NCBI GenBank assembly: GCA_003485325.1
Contig: DMZI01000037.1
Span: 16,018 to 80,017, forward strand
Length of the DNA stretch: 64,000 bases
Source: Desulfotomaculum sp.
Lineage (GTDB): Bacteria; Bacillota; Desulfotomaculia; Desulfotomaculales; Nap2-2B
Direction: 5' to 3'
Made by a program: the position numbers and the translations under genes. Below the pieces are notes generated by a model. That model saw only the letters and a program-made list of their open reading frames with translations, did no database searches and had not been told where the DNA came from. Below are positions 21,473-31,519 of this stretch, piece by piece (within the stretch, counting starts at the first letter, position 1; the number at the start of each line of letters is the position of its first letter).

Positions 21473-21577
21473 ACCTCCACCCCCTCTCCCGAGATATTTT
21501 TTATTTAAAATCTATAACATTTTTTATTATAACATGTCTTATAAAAATGACAATTAATCAAAGAAAACATAAAAACA

Positions 21578-21934
21578 TCATTCGTTCCTGGCCAGACCAA
21601 GCTTGCCTGCATCGCCCCAAAGCCGTTCAAGATTATAGAACTTCCTGTCCTCCTCCAGAAAAACATGGACGATCAGGCTTCCATAATCCATCAAAATCCA
21701 CTTTGCCTGACGCCAACCCTCCAGACGGGGGACAAGTCCCGCTTCTTTTTCGATTTCTTCAATAATTCCCTCGGCAATACTCTTGACGTGAATTGTCGAT
21801 CTCCCGGTACAGATAAGAAAATTATCCGCCATGATAGAAGACGTGCTTATATTCAAAACAACAATATCATAAGCTTTCTTAGACCTAGCGGCGCGTACGG
21901 CAGTTTCTGCCAACACACCCGGATCTAACGTCAA
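21578..21934 (-). CDS. rsfS: ribosome silencing factor RsfS (iojap)
   Basis: 118 aa with KKAYDIVVLNIS...ADNFLICTGRS...WILMDYGSLIVHVF. Confidence 0.9.
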   Translation of the reverse strand: MTLDPGVLAETAVRAARSKKAYDIVVLNISTSSIMADNFLICTGRSTIHVKSIAEGIIEEIEKEAGLVPRLEGWRQAKWILMDYGSLIVHVFLEEDRKFYNLERLWGDAGKLGLARNE

Positions 21935-22041
21935 AAATACTCCCCCTTACTGAAAAAATCCTTTATAATTATTTATTATTAATTATTCGCCCTAATAATT
22001 GAATTTCCTGCTTCCAGTTTGACCGCCTTTCCATTTTTTTG

Positions 22042-22293
22042 TTACTTTTCACGTACTTTCGCCTGATTTACAATTAATACACGGCCTTCCATTTCCTTGC
22101 CGTTCATTGCTTCAATAATCAGATCAGCGTCTTCTTCCTTAACTTCCACAAAACCAAAACCGCGTGATCTGCCTGTCTGCCTGTCCCGGATTATCCGGCT
22201 GCTGATTACTGCGCCATGCATCGAGAAAACCTCTTCCAAATCTTCAGATCTCGTCGCCCATGGAAGATTACCCACATATAATGTGCGCGCCAC
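22042..22293 (-). CDS. RRM-type RNA-binding protein
   Basis: RNP2 LYVGNL and RNP1 RGFGFVEV. An in-frame GTG at 22293 gives MARTLYVGNL, the usual N-terminus; the ORF track starts 6 codons earlier. Confidence 0.8.
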   Translation of the reverse strand: MARTLYVGNLPWATRSEDLEEVFSMHGAVISSRIIRDRQTGRSRGFGFVEVKEEDADLIIEAMNGKEMEGRVLIVNQAKVREK

Positions 22294-22375
22294 TTCTTTA
22301 AAGCACCCCATTCCTGTATGAATAAGTTTGTCATTATATTATTTCCAGAAGAAATTGACTCGATTCAATAGAATA

Positions 22376-23011
22376 TTAATCCTTGTAAAGGTTGTGCTCT
22401 TTGATGTATTTTTCCACGTTTTCAGGCAGCAGGTATTTAATAGGCTTTCCGGCCGGGATACGCTGCCGGATATCCGTGGATGAAATGGCCAGAGCCGGCA
22501 CTTCCATGACAATTATTTTTTCGAGTTTATCGTCAGAAAGGCCGGGCAAACCTTCTTTCAGGCTGACTAGTTTGTACCCCGGACGTGTAGCCGCAATAAT
22601 AAAACACATGGAAAGAAGCTCCAAAACATTTTTCCAGCTTAAAATTTCCAGGACGGCATCTACCCCGGTTATGAAATAAATATCAGCATCCCGGTAAAGG
22701 CCGGAAATTTCCCTTACCGTATCTATAGTGTAGGACATTCCTTCTCTTTCTATTTCTATTGCCGAAACAGTAAAAAAAGGGTTGCTGCTTACAGCCAGGT
22801 GGGTCATCACCAAACGGTGGTGGGCGCCGGAGATTTGCTTGGGGATTTTATGCGGCGGGTTGCCGGCGGGCACAAAGATAACCTTGTCCAAATTAAAATG
22901 ATAGCGGGCTCCTTCCGCGGCTACCAAATGACCGTAATGAACAGGGTCGAAAGTTCCTCCCATGATTCCAATTCTCTTCAACACCGGTCTCCTCTTTTTA
23001 CGTTCTTTCAT
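22376..23011 (-). CDS. nadD: nicotinate-nucleotide adenylyltransferase
   Basis: GIMGGTFDPVHYGH (HxGH), ISSTDIR. The true start is probably about 11-13 codons downstream of the ORF-track ATG. Confidence 0.9.
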   Translation of the reverse strand: MKERKKRRPVLKRIGIMGGTFDPVHYGHLVAAEGARYHFNLDKVIFVPAGNPPHKIPKQISGAHHRLVMTHLAVSSNPFFTVSAIEIEREGMSYTIDTVREISGLYRDADIYFITGVDAVLEILSWKNVLELLSMCFIIAATRPGYKLVSLKEGLPGLSDDKLEKIIVMEVPALAISSTDIRQRIPAGKPIKYLLPENVEKYIKEHNLYKD

Positions 23012-23056
23012 GTTTTTGCATTAAGAACTGTCCGACTTATTGTCACTGAGAAAAAA

Positions 23057-24175
23057 TTAAACATTCATGACCAGATTGTTGCGGTGGATCACCTCATCAT
23101 ACGCCTTGCGTCCTGGTGTTCTTGCTCTTTCCCAAGTCTTCGTGCCTTTAATTATTTCTATATCTTCTGAAGAATAATTTACAATTCCCCTGGCAATTTC
23201 GCGCCCTCCCGGTTCTATAACACTTACCGTATGTCCAATTTTAAAGTTGCCTTCAACACGTTGGATACCTGACGGCAGCAGGCTCTTTCCCTTGTTCAGC
23301 AAGGCTGCCGCAGCGCCATCGTCAACAAAGATTCTCCCCTGAACGGTCGAGTTGTAAGCTATCCATCTTCTCCTGTTGGCGAGACGTGACAAAGGCCAAA
23401 AAATCGTTCCCAGGGTTTCGCCCGCCAGCACACGGCGGATTACCTCCTTTTCCCCCGCTGCGGCAAGCACCGTTGTTATTCCGGAATGCATGGTAATCCT
23501 TGCAGCCTGAAGCTTCGTAATCATTCCCCCGGTGCCGAGGGCAGACTTAGAACCTGTGGCTATTTTTTCTATCTCCGCTGTTATCTCCTTAACCTCGGCA
23601 ATCAATTTCGATGATGAAAAGCGCGGGTCTCCTGTATACAACCCATCGATGTCAGACAATAAAATCAACAAATCAGCGTCAACCAATACGCTGACCAGCG
23701 CAGCCAGGTTATCATTGTCTCCCAGTCTTATCTCATCCACCGCGACTGTGTCATTTTCGTTAATTACCGGCACTACACCCATACGCAGCAAGGCGGACAT
23801 TGTATTGCGCGCATTCAGAAACCGTTTGCGGTCAGAAAAATCTTCACGGGTTAAAAGGACTTGCCCGACAGTGATATCATGTTTTGCAAACACTTTTTCA
23901 TAAAATTTGATCAACATTCCCTGACCAACTGACGCGCAGGCCTGTTTTTCCGGGATACTCTTTGGACGGTGTGCAAAACCGAGTCTTTGTATGCCTAAAC
24001 CTATTGCCCCCGAACTGACTAAAAGAACTTCAACGCCTTCGCGCTGCACGCCGGCAATCTGATCAGCCAGACTTTCAATTTGGGAAATGTTCAAATCGCC
24101 CTCTTTGCCAATCAGGGAACTCGAACCTATTTTAACTACAATTCTTTTAAATGAAGGTAAATCCCTTGATTCCAA
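23057..24175 (-). CDS. proB: glutamate 5-kinase
   Basis: Amino-acid kinase domain (VVKIGSSSL...) and a C-terminal PUA domain (IARGIVNYSSEDIEIIKG). Confidence 0.9.
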   Translation of the reverse strand: MESRDLPSFKRIVVKIGSSSLIGKEGDLNISQIESLADQIAGVQREGVEVLLVSSGAIGLGIQRLGFAHRPKSIPEKQACASVGQGMLIKFYEKVFAKHDITVGQVLLTREDFSDRKRFLNARNTMSALLRMGVVPVINENDTVAVDEIRLGDNDNLAALVSVLVDADLLILLSDIDGLYTGDPRFSSSKLIAEVKEITAEIEKIATGSKSALGTGGMITKLQAARITMHSGITTVLAAAGEKEVIRRVLAGETLGTIFWPLSRLANRRRWIAYNSTVQGRIFVDDGAAAALLNKGKSLLPSGIQRVEGNFKIGHTVSVIEPGGREIARGIVNYSSEDIEIIKGTKTWERARTPGRKAYDEVIHRNNLVMNV

Positions 24176-24257
24176 AAAAGGTCACCTCTATTTAAAATGC
24201 TTTCTAAAAGAAAGAATAGCATAACTAACCTTTCTCTTTAACCTTGCTCTTTAAAAG

Positions 24258-25523
24258 TTACGGATAAAAGACAAATTGGTACTTTCCTACCTGGACAGTA
24301 TCGCCTTCTTTTATGCCGGCATCCTTTAACGCTTTTTCCAGCCCCATCCGGTCGAAGATCTTCTGCAGCCGTTTTACTGACTGGGAATTATCCAAATCAG
24401 TCATGGCAACAATTTTTTTAATCCTGTCCCCTTCCACATAGTAAATCCCTTCCCTGTGAACCACCTTAAAAGGCTCTTCTTCGTTAAAGACTGTAACCCT
24501 GGAGAATTCAGGAACGGTTTGCGGAACGGAAATCTGAAGGAGCATTTGTCCTATATTATGGATAAGGGTTTTTAACCCCTCGCCCGTCAATGCTGAAACC
24601 GGAATTATTTTATATTCCCCGGAAAGATGCTTTTGCAGGCGGGAAAGGTTTTCCGCGGCCTCAGGCAGGTCGATTTTATTTGCGGCAATCAGCTGGGGCC
24701 GCTGGGCAAGGGTGGGATTATATAAAGAAAGTTCCCTGTTAATAACCGAGAAGTCATCAAGCGGGTCCCTTCCCTGCATTCCACTGATGTCCAGGACATG
24801 AACAAGCAGCCTGGTCCGCTCAAGGTGCCGTAAAAACTGGTGGCCAAGGCCCGCCCCTGTATGCGCCCCTTCAATCAAACCGGGAATGTCGGCAACCACA
24901 AAGCTGAAAGATTCATCGACTCTTACAACTCCAAGATTAGGAACAACAGTCGTAAACGGGTAGTCAGCGATCTTGGGGCGTGCTGCAGAAATCCGGGAAA
25001 TCAATGTCGATTTGCCGGCGTTGGGAACTCCGATAAGGCCCACATCCGCCAGGAGCTTCAGCTCAAGTTCCAGCCAGAGCTCCTCCCCGGGCTCCCCTTT
25101 TTCAGCTATCGTCGGGGCTTTATTATGGGGGCCTGCAAAACGCGCGTTTCCCCTGCCGCCGCGCCCTCCGTGAGCTACGATGAATTCCTGGCCTTCTGTG
25201 ACGAGATCGGCAATTATTTGCCCCGTATCTTCGTTTCGTACGACAGTACCCGCGGGAATACGCAGATACAGATCTTTCCCCGCGCGGCCGTGCATATCTT
25301 TGCCCATGCCGTGCTGGCCCCGCTCCGATTTGTAATGCCTTTTGTAACGGAAGTCGATTAAAGTAGCCCGCCCGCCATCAACACGGAAAATAACATCGCC
25401 GCCCCGTCCGCCGTCTCCTCCCGAGGGTCCGCCGTCGGGAACATACTTTTCCCTGCGAAAAGCGACGCACCCGTTGCCTCCGTCGCCCGCCTTAACGTAA
25501 ATTTTAACTTTATCGTAAAACAA
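24258..25523 (-). CDS. obg: GTPase Obg
   Basis: Gly-rich Obg fold (KAGDGGNG...GGRGGRGN), G1 GVPNAGKST and a C-terminal OCT domain. TTG at 25523 gives MFYDKVKIYVKAGDGGNG and removes the overlap with the upstream gene. Confidence 0.9.
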   Translation of the reverse strand: MFYDKVKIYVKAGDGGNGCVAFRREKYVPDGGPSGGDGGRGGDVIFRVDGGRATLIDFRYKRHYKSERGQHGMGKDMHGRAGKDLYLRIPAGTVVRNEDTGQIIADLVTEGQEFIVAHGGRGGRGNARFAGPHNKAPTIAEKGEPGEELWLELELKLLADVGLIGVPNAGKSTLISRISAARPKIADYPFTTVVPNLGVVRVDESFSFVVADIPGLIEGAHTGAGLGHQFLRHLERTRLLVHVLDISGMQGRDPLDDFSVINRELSLYNPTLAQRPQLIAANKIDLPEAAENLSRLQKHLSGEYKIIPVSALTGEGLKTLIHNIGQMLLQISVPQTVPEFSRVTVFNEEEPFKVVHREGIYYVEGDRIKKIVAMTDLDNSQSVKRLQKIFDRMGLEKALKDAGIKEGDTVQVGKYQFVFYP

Positions 25524-25546
25524 AATATCACCATCACGAATAACTT

Positions 25547-26143
25547 TTAGCCAGTTTCCTTTTTGGGCAGGCAAAACGATACTTCGCACAGGTTTTCTGT
25601 TTCTGTAAGAACAACATTGCCCCCCCAGGCGCTCATGCTCCGGTTGACGGCTTCAACGCTTTCATTCAGTCCTTCACGAAACGCCGAAATTGAAAAACCA
25701 AGGCGGCAGATAAACTTTCCCGGTTCTTCCATAAAGCTGACCTTTAAATTACGGTTTTCCACCTCAGGCAAAAAACCTGACAGTGCTTTACTAAATATTT
25801 CGCGCAGGCCGGAACCGAGATCTTTACCCGGCGCCAGGCACGATTCCGGACTTCCCTCTATTCGCAGGTCAATCTCAACACCATATTTTGCAGCCTGGTT
25901 CCTGGCCTCTAATAATGCTGCCGCAACTTCAGGCGGTTTAAGATTAATGATTTCTCCAAAACGGTTAATCTGCATTACTGCTTCATTAATATATTTTTTG
26001 GCCTGCTCTATTTTATTTAACTGTATAAATCCGGAAATAACCTGAATGTGGTTTATAAAATCATGCCTTTGCACACGTAGTATTTCCAGAAACATGTCTG
26101 TATCCATTACAAGACCCCCATATATCTTAAAGATGGTTCTCAT
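25547..26143 (-). CDS. Spo0B-like phosphotransferase
   Basis: LRVQRHDFINHIQVISGFIQL matches the Spo0B/SPOB_a His-helix (B. subtilis SRHDWMNKLQLIKGNLSL). The gene sits between rpmA and obg, exactly as spo0B does. The start may be the internal Met at 26107. Confidence 0.6.
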   Translation of the reverse strand: MRTIFKIYGGLVMDTDMFLEILRVQRHDFINHIQVISGFIQLNKIEQAKKYINEAVMQINRFGEIINLKPPEVAAALLEARNQAAKYGVEIDLRIEGSPESCLAPGKDLGSGLREIFSKALSGFLPEVENRNLKVSFMEEPGKFICRLGFSISAFREGLNESVEAVNRSMSAWGGNVVLTETENLCEVSFCLPKKETG

Positions 26144-26210
26144 GCAACGGTATTATAAAAAAGGCCGGCTTTTGTACCGGCCTTTCTTTCTCATATGGGT
26201 TGATGGAAAC

Positions 26211-26474
26211 CTATCCTACAGGAACTGGTTCCACACTTACCTGTTTTTTGTCACGGCCCCTGCGCTGGTAGGAAACAAGGCCGTCTACAAGCGCAAACAA
26301 TGTATCGTCCCTGCCCTTGCCAACATTATTTCCGGGATGAATCCTGGTTCCTCTCTGCCGCACAAGGATGCTGCCAGCAGAAACTATTTGACCGTCATAA
26401 CGTTTTACACCCAGCATTTTGGGCTGTGAATCACGCCCGTTGCGTGAACTTCCTACTCCCTTTTTATGAGCCAT
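26211..26474 (-). CDS. rpmA: 50S ribosomal protein L27
   Basis: [19 protein letters not shown]..., with no N-terminal propeptide. Confidence 0.95.
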   Translation of the reverse strand: MAHKKGVGSSRNGRDSQPKMLGVKRYDGQIVSAGSILVRQRGTRIHPGNNVGKGRDDTLFALVDGLVSYQRRGRDKKQVSVEPVPVG

Positions 26475-26494
26475 GGTTATTCACCTCCTGATTA

Positions 26495-26812
26495 CTAAAC
26501 AATCTCTTCGATCTTTTCTACAAACACCTGCGTAAAGGCTCGCCTGGCGCCTTTTTTGCGGCGGTAATTCTTCTTTGCCTTATATTTAAATACGATTACT
26601 TTTCGGCCCCGTCCGTGGTCCACAGCTTTTAAAGTAACTTTTGCCCCCGTTACGAAAGGTGTTCCTATTTTTATATTTTCTCCGTCCGAAACGGCCAGCA
26701 CCTTGTCAATGGTAATTTCCTGACCAGCTTCAACGGGAAGTTTATCTACCAGAAGCGTTTCCTTTTCCCGTACACGGTACTGCCTGCCACCAGTTTCAAT
26801 AACTGCGTACAC
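26495..26812 (-). CDS. rplU: 50S ribosomal protein L21
   Basis: MYAVIETGGRQYRV... with a GTG start. Confidence 0.95.
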   Translation of the reverse strand: MYAVIETGGRQYRVREKETLLVDKLPVEAGQEITIDKVLAVSDGENIKIGTPFVTGAKVTLKAVDHGRGRKVIVFKYKAKKNYRRKKGARRAFTQVFVEKIEEIV

Positions 26813-26892
26813 CCGTTCAACTCTCCTTTATCCTGTTCAAACTATAAATACATAAGGGCGGTTTTTAAAACCACCAGCAAACCACATGTTAT

Positions 26893-26920
26893 ATTTTAAC
26901 ACAGTATTGCCCGATGTCAA
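26893..26920 (-). promoter_or_regulatory. putative sigma-A promoter of rplU-rpmA
   Basis: On the minus strand: TTGACA (26920-26915), a 16-nt spacer, then TAAAAT (26898-26893). A GGUGGUUUU/AAAACCGCC hairpin follows in the leader. Confidence 0.4.
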
Positions 26921-27241
26921 GAAAAATGCATAGTCAAGATACATAAAACCGTTAATGTTGACAAGTTCACCATCCCCAAGTTATAATTCTTTTGGTAATT
27001 TGCTTACATCGGGTTTTGTCGCGGCATACACGTCTTTTGTCTTTTTTGCTTTCACAGATAAAGCCGGATAATGGGGGGTGTTGGTTTTATACAAATAAAT
27101 AGGCAGGAAAAGCGGTATTTTTTAGCTTTGAAAGGGGAAAAGGAGAGGCAATTTTAAGGTTGGATCTTTTCCAGCCAGATAATTATTTATAACATTATTT
27201 TTTGACCCCTTATGAATTATTACTAAAATAGGAGGCGCGTG

Positions 27242-28801
27242 ATGGCTACTAAATTTGATCATATTTACGATGATTATATGAAAAGGCGGAAAGCCGCCCT
27301 TGCCATGGGAGGAGAAGCAGCTATAGAAAAGCGCAAGGCGAAGGGACAAACCAACGCCCGCGAAAGACTTGATCTGCTTTTGGATCCGCATTCTTTCTGG
27401 GAAGTCGGCGCTTTTATGAAGCACCGTCAATCAGAATTCGGCATGAGTAAAGTATATGTCCCTGCAGAAGGTGTTGTGGCAGGATACGGGAAAATAAACG
27501 GCCGTAATGTAGTTGTTATATCAGAGGACTTCACAGCCATGGCCGGCACTTTCGGAGAGTATCACGGAAAGAAGTTCGTCTGGGCTCTTGAATTTGCACA
27601 GAACAAAGGTTGGCCTTTCATTGGCATAAACGACTCCGGCGGCGCACGGCTTCAGGAAGGAATGGATACCTTGGAGGCATACGGCTGGACCTTTGCAGCC
27701 CAGTGCCGCGCTTCCGGCATCATCCCGCAGATAGCGCTTCTTTTAGGGCCCTGCCTTGGCGGCCAGGCCTACCATCCGATTATGAACGATTTCCTGATTC
27801 AGAGCGCAAAGACCGGCTTTTTAGGTATCGCCGGACCCGCTTTTGTAAAAACCATGACCGGTGAAGAAATCTCCCTGGAAGATCTTTCCGGCTGGGAACC
27901 CCATGCCATTAAGGCAGGGAACACGCATGTCGTGGGAGAAGACGATTTTGAGTGCATTGATATGGCCAAAAAACTTTTATCCTATATGCCCAATAACAAC
28001 AAGGAAAAGCCCCCGGTTATAAAAGTCGGCGACGACCCCATGAGAGAGATTCCTGAACTGGATGACTTCCTGCCTGATGAAAATCTGTCGACGCCTTACG
28101 ATATGTACCCGCTTATCGATATGGTTGTGGATAAGGGAAGCTTCTTTGAAATCCACAAAGATTTTGCTCCAAATTTAATTGTCGGCTTCGCACGCTTCGA
28201 CGGGAGATCGGTCGGCATTGTCGCCAATAACCCCGACTACCTGGCAGGCGCCATGAACTGCGACTCCTCCGACAAACTTGCCAGATTCGTCCGTACATGC
28301 GACCTGTTTAATATCCCGGTGGTTACCTTCGTGGATTGCCCTGCATTCTGGATTGGTTCCGAAGAAGAGCATAAGGGAATTTTACGTCACGGGGCGAAAA
28401 CCCTTTATGCCTGGGCTGACGCCACTGTGCCTCTTATTGCCGTAATCATCGGCAAATCATATGCGGGCGCTCATTACGCCATCCTGGACAAGAGCATCGG
28501 CGCAGACCTGTGTTACGCCTGGCCGACAGCCAAGATTAACATCGTCGGCGGCGACACTGCGGCAAGCGTAATCTTTGCCAAGGAAATCAAGAACTCTCCG
28601 AACCCGGCTGAAACAGCTGCAAAAAGAATCAATGAATACCGGACAATGTACGAACATCCTTACCAGCCCGCGGAACGCGGTTATGTTGACGACGTGATTA
28701 TGCCTCACGATACAAGAAAAATCGTCTGTCAGGCTCTTGAGATACTGGAGAACAAGATAACTGCCAGGCCTTGGAGAAAATATTCAAATATTAACCTGTA
28801 A
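27242..28801 (+). CDS. acyl-CoA carboxyltransferase (methylmalonyl-CoA/propionyl-CoA carboxyltransferase beta-type)
   Basis: 519 aa with a two-lobed carboxyl-transferase domain (GGARLQEG...; IVANNPDYLAGAM...). AGGAGG lies 6 nt upstream of ATG 27242. Confidence 0.85.
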   Translation: MATKFDHIYDDYMKRRKAALAMGGEAAIEKRKAKGQTNARERLDLLLDPHSFWEVGAFMKHRQSEFGMSKVYVPAEGVVAGYGKINGRNVVVISEDFTAMAGTFGEYHGKKFVWALEFAQNKGWPFIGINDSGGARLQEGMDTLEAYGWTFAAQCRASGIIPQIALLLGPCLGGQAYHPIMNDFLIQSAKTGFLGIAGPAFVKTMTGEEISLEDLSGWEPHAIKAGNTHVVGEDDFECIDMAKKLLSYMPNNNKEKPPVIKVGDDPMREIPELDDFLPDENLSTPYDMYPLIDMVVDKGSFFEIHKDFAPNLIVGFARFDGRSVGIVANNPDYLAGAMNCDSSDKLARFVRTCDLFNIPVVTFVDCPAFWIGSEEEHKGILRHGAKTLYAWADATVPLIAVIIGKSYAGAHYAILDKSIGADLCYAWPTAKINIVGGDTAASVIFAKEIKNSPNPAETAAKRINEYRTMYEHPYQPAERGYVDDVIMPHDTRKIVCQALEILENKITARPWRKYSNINL

Positions 28802-28816
28802 AGTCAAGCCTTTAAC

Positions 28817-28850
28817 AAAAGGGTCTTCTAACCGGAAGACCCTTTTTATT
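28817..28850. terminator. bidirectional intrinsic terminator
   Basis: AAGGGTCTTC-taaccg-GAAGACCCTT is a perfect 10-bp stem, followed by TTTTATT and preceded by an A-run. It lies between convergent genes. Confidence 0.8.
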
Positions 28851-28852
28851 CG

Positions 28853-29308
28853 TTAACCAGCCTGTTTTAAACCATTCAATTCTTCCCTGCCCTTTTTCAC
28901 CTGCTCCGAGAGTTTTTCCAGATTTTTTTCAATCCCGCTTAAAACATCATCAGCGTAATCGCGTGCCCCCTGTTTAATTTCGAAGGCAATCTGTTCCGCC
29001 TTCTGGATTGTTTCCTCAGCTATTATTTTGGCCTGGCGTGATATTTCACTTTCCTCAGCCTGCCTGTCTACCTGTTTTTTAGCATCTTCCATAATCCTTG
29101 ACGCCTCTCTTTTTGAATCGGCCAGCACCTTTTCGCGCTCCTGGATCAACCATTTCGCCTGACGCATTTCTTCTGGTATAGAAGTGCGGATTCGGTCAAG
29201 GCAATCCAGCAGCCGGTCTTCATTGATTAAAACTTTCCTTGTCAGGGGAACCCGCATACTTTCCTCGACCAGTTCTTCAAGTTCATTTAGAATATTTGAC
29301 AGCTCCAC
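28853..29308 (-). CDS. coiled-coil protein, unknown function
   Basis: 151 aa, highly charged and helical (…EREKVLADSKREASRIMEDAKKQVDRQAEE…). I recognised no catalytic motif. Confidence 0.4.
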   Translation of the reverse strand: MELSNILNELEELVEESMRVPLTRKVLINEDRLLDCLDRIRTSIPEEMRQAKWLIQEREKVLADSKREASRIMEDAKKQVDRQAEESEISRQAKIIAEETIQKAEQIAFEIKQGARDYADDVLSGIEKNLEKLSEQVKKGREELNGLKQAG

Positions 29309-29338
29309 TTATAAACCTCCCTTTTACTTGGGCTTGGA

Positions 29339-29914
29339 CTATCGGCCAGTCCGGGTTTGAAAACTATAAAAAGTCAACAGCGTATCCCCATACCTTTGTT
29401 GGCGTGTTAGCGTTAAATCATCAACCCTGGCCGGCAACACCTCTCTTTTACTGCTTTCCACAATAATAACGCCATCCGGCAAGAGCAAACCGCAGCTGCT
29501 GATCATTTCGATTGTAGGCTTTTCCAGGCGCTGCTCATATGGTGGATCAAGAAAGATAATATTATAAAGCTCTTTTCTGTTTGCCATTAATTTAAGGGCT
29601 TTTAAAACATTTAACTTGATTACATAAATTTGGGCTGACAAATCCCCGGGCAAAAAACGAAGGTTTTCATATATAGCCTGCACAGCTTTGCTGTTTTGGT
29701 CTACGAAGCAAACCTGCCGCGCGCCCCGGCTTATAGCCTCGATACCCACATTGCCGGTTCCGGCATAAAGGTCTAAAAAACGGCTTTCCTGAACTCTCCC
29801 GCCGAGTATGTCAAAAAGAGCCTCTTTAACTCTGTCACCGGTTGGACGCCCTTTCCAACCACGGGGCACTTTTAACAGGCGGCCCCTGTATATGCCGGAA
29901 ATTACCCTAACCAT
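29339..29914 (-). CDS. rsmD: 16S rRNA (guanine966-N2)-methyltransferase RsmD
   Basis: MVRVISGIYRGRLLKVP...RPTGDRVKEALFDIL...FLDPPY. The internal Met at 29914 matches the family N-terminus. Confidence 0.85.
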   Translation of the reverse strand: MVRVISGIYRGRLLKVPRGWKGRPTGDRVKEALFDILGGRVQESRFLDLYAGTGNVGIEAISRGARQVCFVDQNSKAVQAIYENLRFLPGDLSAQIYVIKLNVLKALKLMANRKELYNIIFLDPPYEQRLEKPTIEMISSCGLLLPDGVIIVESSKREVLPARVDDLTLTRQQRYGDTLLTFYSFQTRTGR

Positions 29915-30056
29915 GCCAAGCTTTCCTTCTTCCGTACATTTTACCATAATCTTAACACAATGATTAAACTAATTTGCATTAATTAAGTATTTTCCTAGAA
30001 TTTACGCACATAAACAAAAATTATGGGGAAATGCTATATCTGTGCAATCATAGAAG

Positions 30057-31028
30057 GTGATTATTATGTTAAGTCAAGTTTACCAGAATTTTGGAATCAG
30101 TTTAGACCTTGCTTTAGAAGCCAGAGAAATTGTCCGCGGGGAAACCGGCCAGGAAATTCCGGGTGTAAAGGTCGATCAGGAAAATTACGAACATGCCCAA
30201 GTAACTATAGTCAATATTATGGAACAATACGCGGAAAAAATCATGGGAAAACCGGTTGGTATTTACATAACCATTGAAGCGCCGGTAATCAGGGAAAACA
30301 ATCCCCCGGCGCATAAGGAAATAAGCGAGATACTGGCCCGTTATCTTAAAACACTAGTCAATCTCCCCGAATACGCCAATATTTTACTGGTCGGGCTGGG
30401 AAACTGGCGGGCAACCCCTGACGCCCTGGGTCCTGAAGTAGTTGAGCAAAGTCTTGTTACACGCCACCTTTTCAATTACGCTCCCCAGACATTGAAACAA
30501 GGGATGCGATCCGTCAGCGCCATGGCTCCCGGCGTATTGGGGATTACAGGCATAGAAACTGCAGAAATCATCAAGGGCGTTGTGGAAAAGATCCATCCGG
30601 AACTAATCATAACCGTCGACTCACTGGCTGCCCGCAGTGTAACACGCATCGCAACAACAATCCAAATAGCCACCACCGGAATAAAGCCCGGTTCCGGTAT
30701 TGGAAACCAAAGGTCCGTCATTAACCAGGAAACAATGGGCGTGCCCGTGATAGCAATCGGTGTGCCCACAGTGGTTCACGCGGCCGTCATAGCCAGCGAC
30801 GCTATTGAACAGTATTTAAAACAGGCGCAAACAAACAATCAAGCAGGCTCAAACTTTTCGCAGCAGGTAATCAATAAAGTACTTGAACCCTTTGGGGGAA
30901 ATCTTACGGTCACCCCCAAAGAAATTGACACCTTAATACACAGCACGGCAAAAATTATAGCGACCGGTATAACATCCGCTTTACAGCCGGAATTAACCCA
31001 GGATGATTACACATTCTATATGCATTAA
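30057..31028 (+). CDS. gpr: germination protease GPR (spore endopeptidase, A25)
   Basis: LLVGLGNWRATPDALGP...APGVLGITGIETAEIIKGV...TVDSLAARS...GVPVIAIGVPTVV aligns with B. subtilis Gpr. Confidence 0.9.
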   Translation: MIIMLSQVYQNFGISLDLALEAREIVRGETGQEIPGVKVDQENYEHAQVTIVNIMEQYAEKIMGKPVGIYITIEAPVIRENNPPAHKEISEILARYLKTLVNLPEYANILLVGLGNWRATPDALGPEVVEQSLVTRHLFNYAPQTLKQGMRSVSAMAPGVLGITGIETAEIIKGVVEKIHPELIITVDSLAARSVTRIATTIQIATTGIKPGSGIGNQRSVINQETMGVPVIAIGVPTVVHAAVIASDAIEQYLKQAQTNNQAGSNFSQQVINKVLEPFGGNLTVTPKEIDTLIHSTAKIIATGITSALQPELTQDDYTFYMH

Positions 31029-31267
31029 ATACCAATTAAGGACACTTTCCAGCGGCAAGAAAACCGATAACCTCAAAACTGTTTTTCCGGCTGCAGTCTA
31101 TTTTAGCATGGCCATAAATTTGCCGAAAAAAACCGGTAGACCAGTTAAGCTTTTACCCTAAACTGGCCTTCCGGCTCATATCCATTTTCAATTAAATACA
31201 GTAGTTTAAAGAAAATATATCCTTTACTCATCTTCGGATCTCAGCTAGGAAAAACTCCCTTTAGGAA

Positions 31268-31519
31268 CTAACGGCCGCCGGCGGTAACCTGAGGAGTCGG
31301 AGGCTGGTTGCCGCTAGCCAGGCTTGTCTCATAAGCAGCGATCATCTTTTTGACCATGTTACCGCCTATGGCGCCATTAACACGGGAAGGAATATCACCC
31401 ATGTAACCACCCTGGGGAACCTGAATACCAAGCTCGGCAGCAGTTTCCCACTTGAACTGCTCCATTGCGTTGGAAGCCTGATTAATGAGAATCCTATTCG
31501 ATTTCTGTCCCTGTGCCAT
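31268..31519 (-). CDS. alpha/beta-type small acid-soluble spore protein
   Basis: 83 aa. AMEQFKWETAAELGI is a GPR-site-like E-x-A-x-E-L, followed by GDIPSRVNGAIGGNMVKKMI. Confidence 0.9.
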   Translation of the reverse strand: MAQGQKSNRILINQASNAMEQFKWETAAELGIQVPQGGYMGDIPSRVNGAIGGNMVKKMIAAYETSLASGNQPPTPQVTAGGR

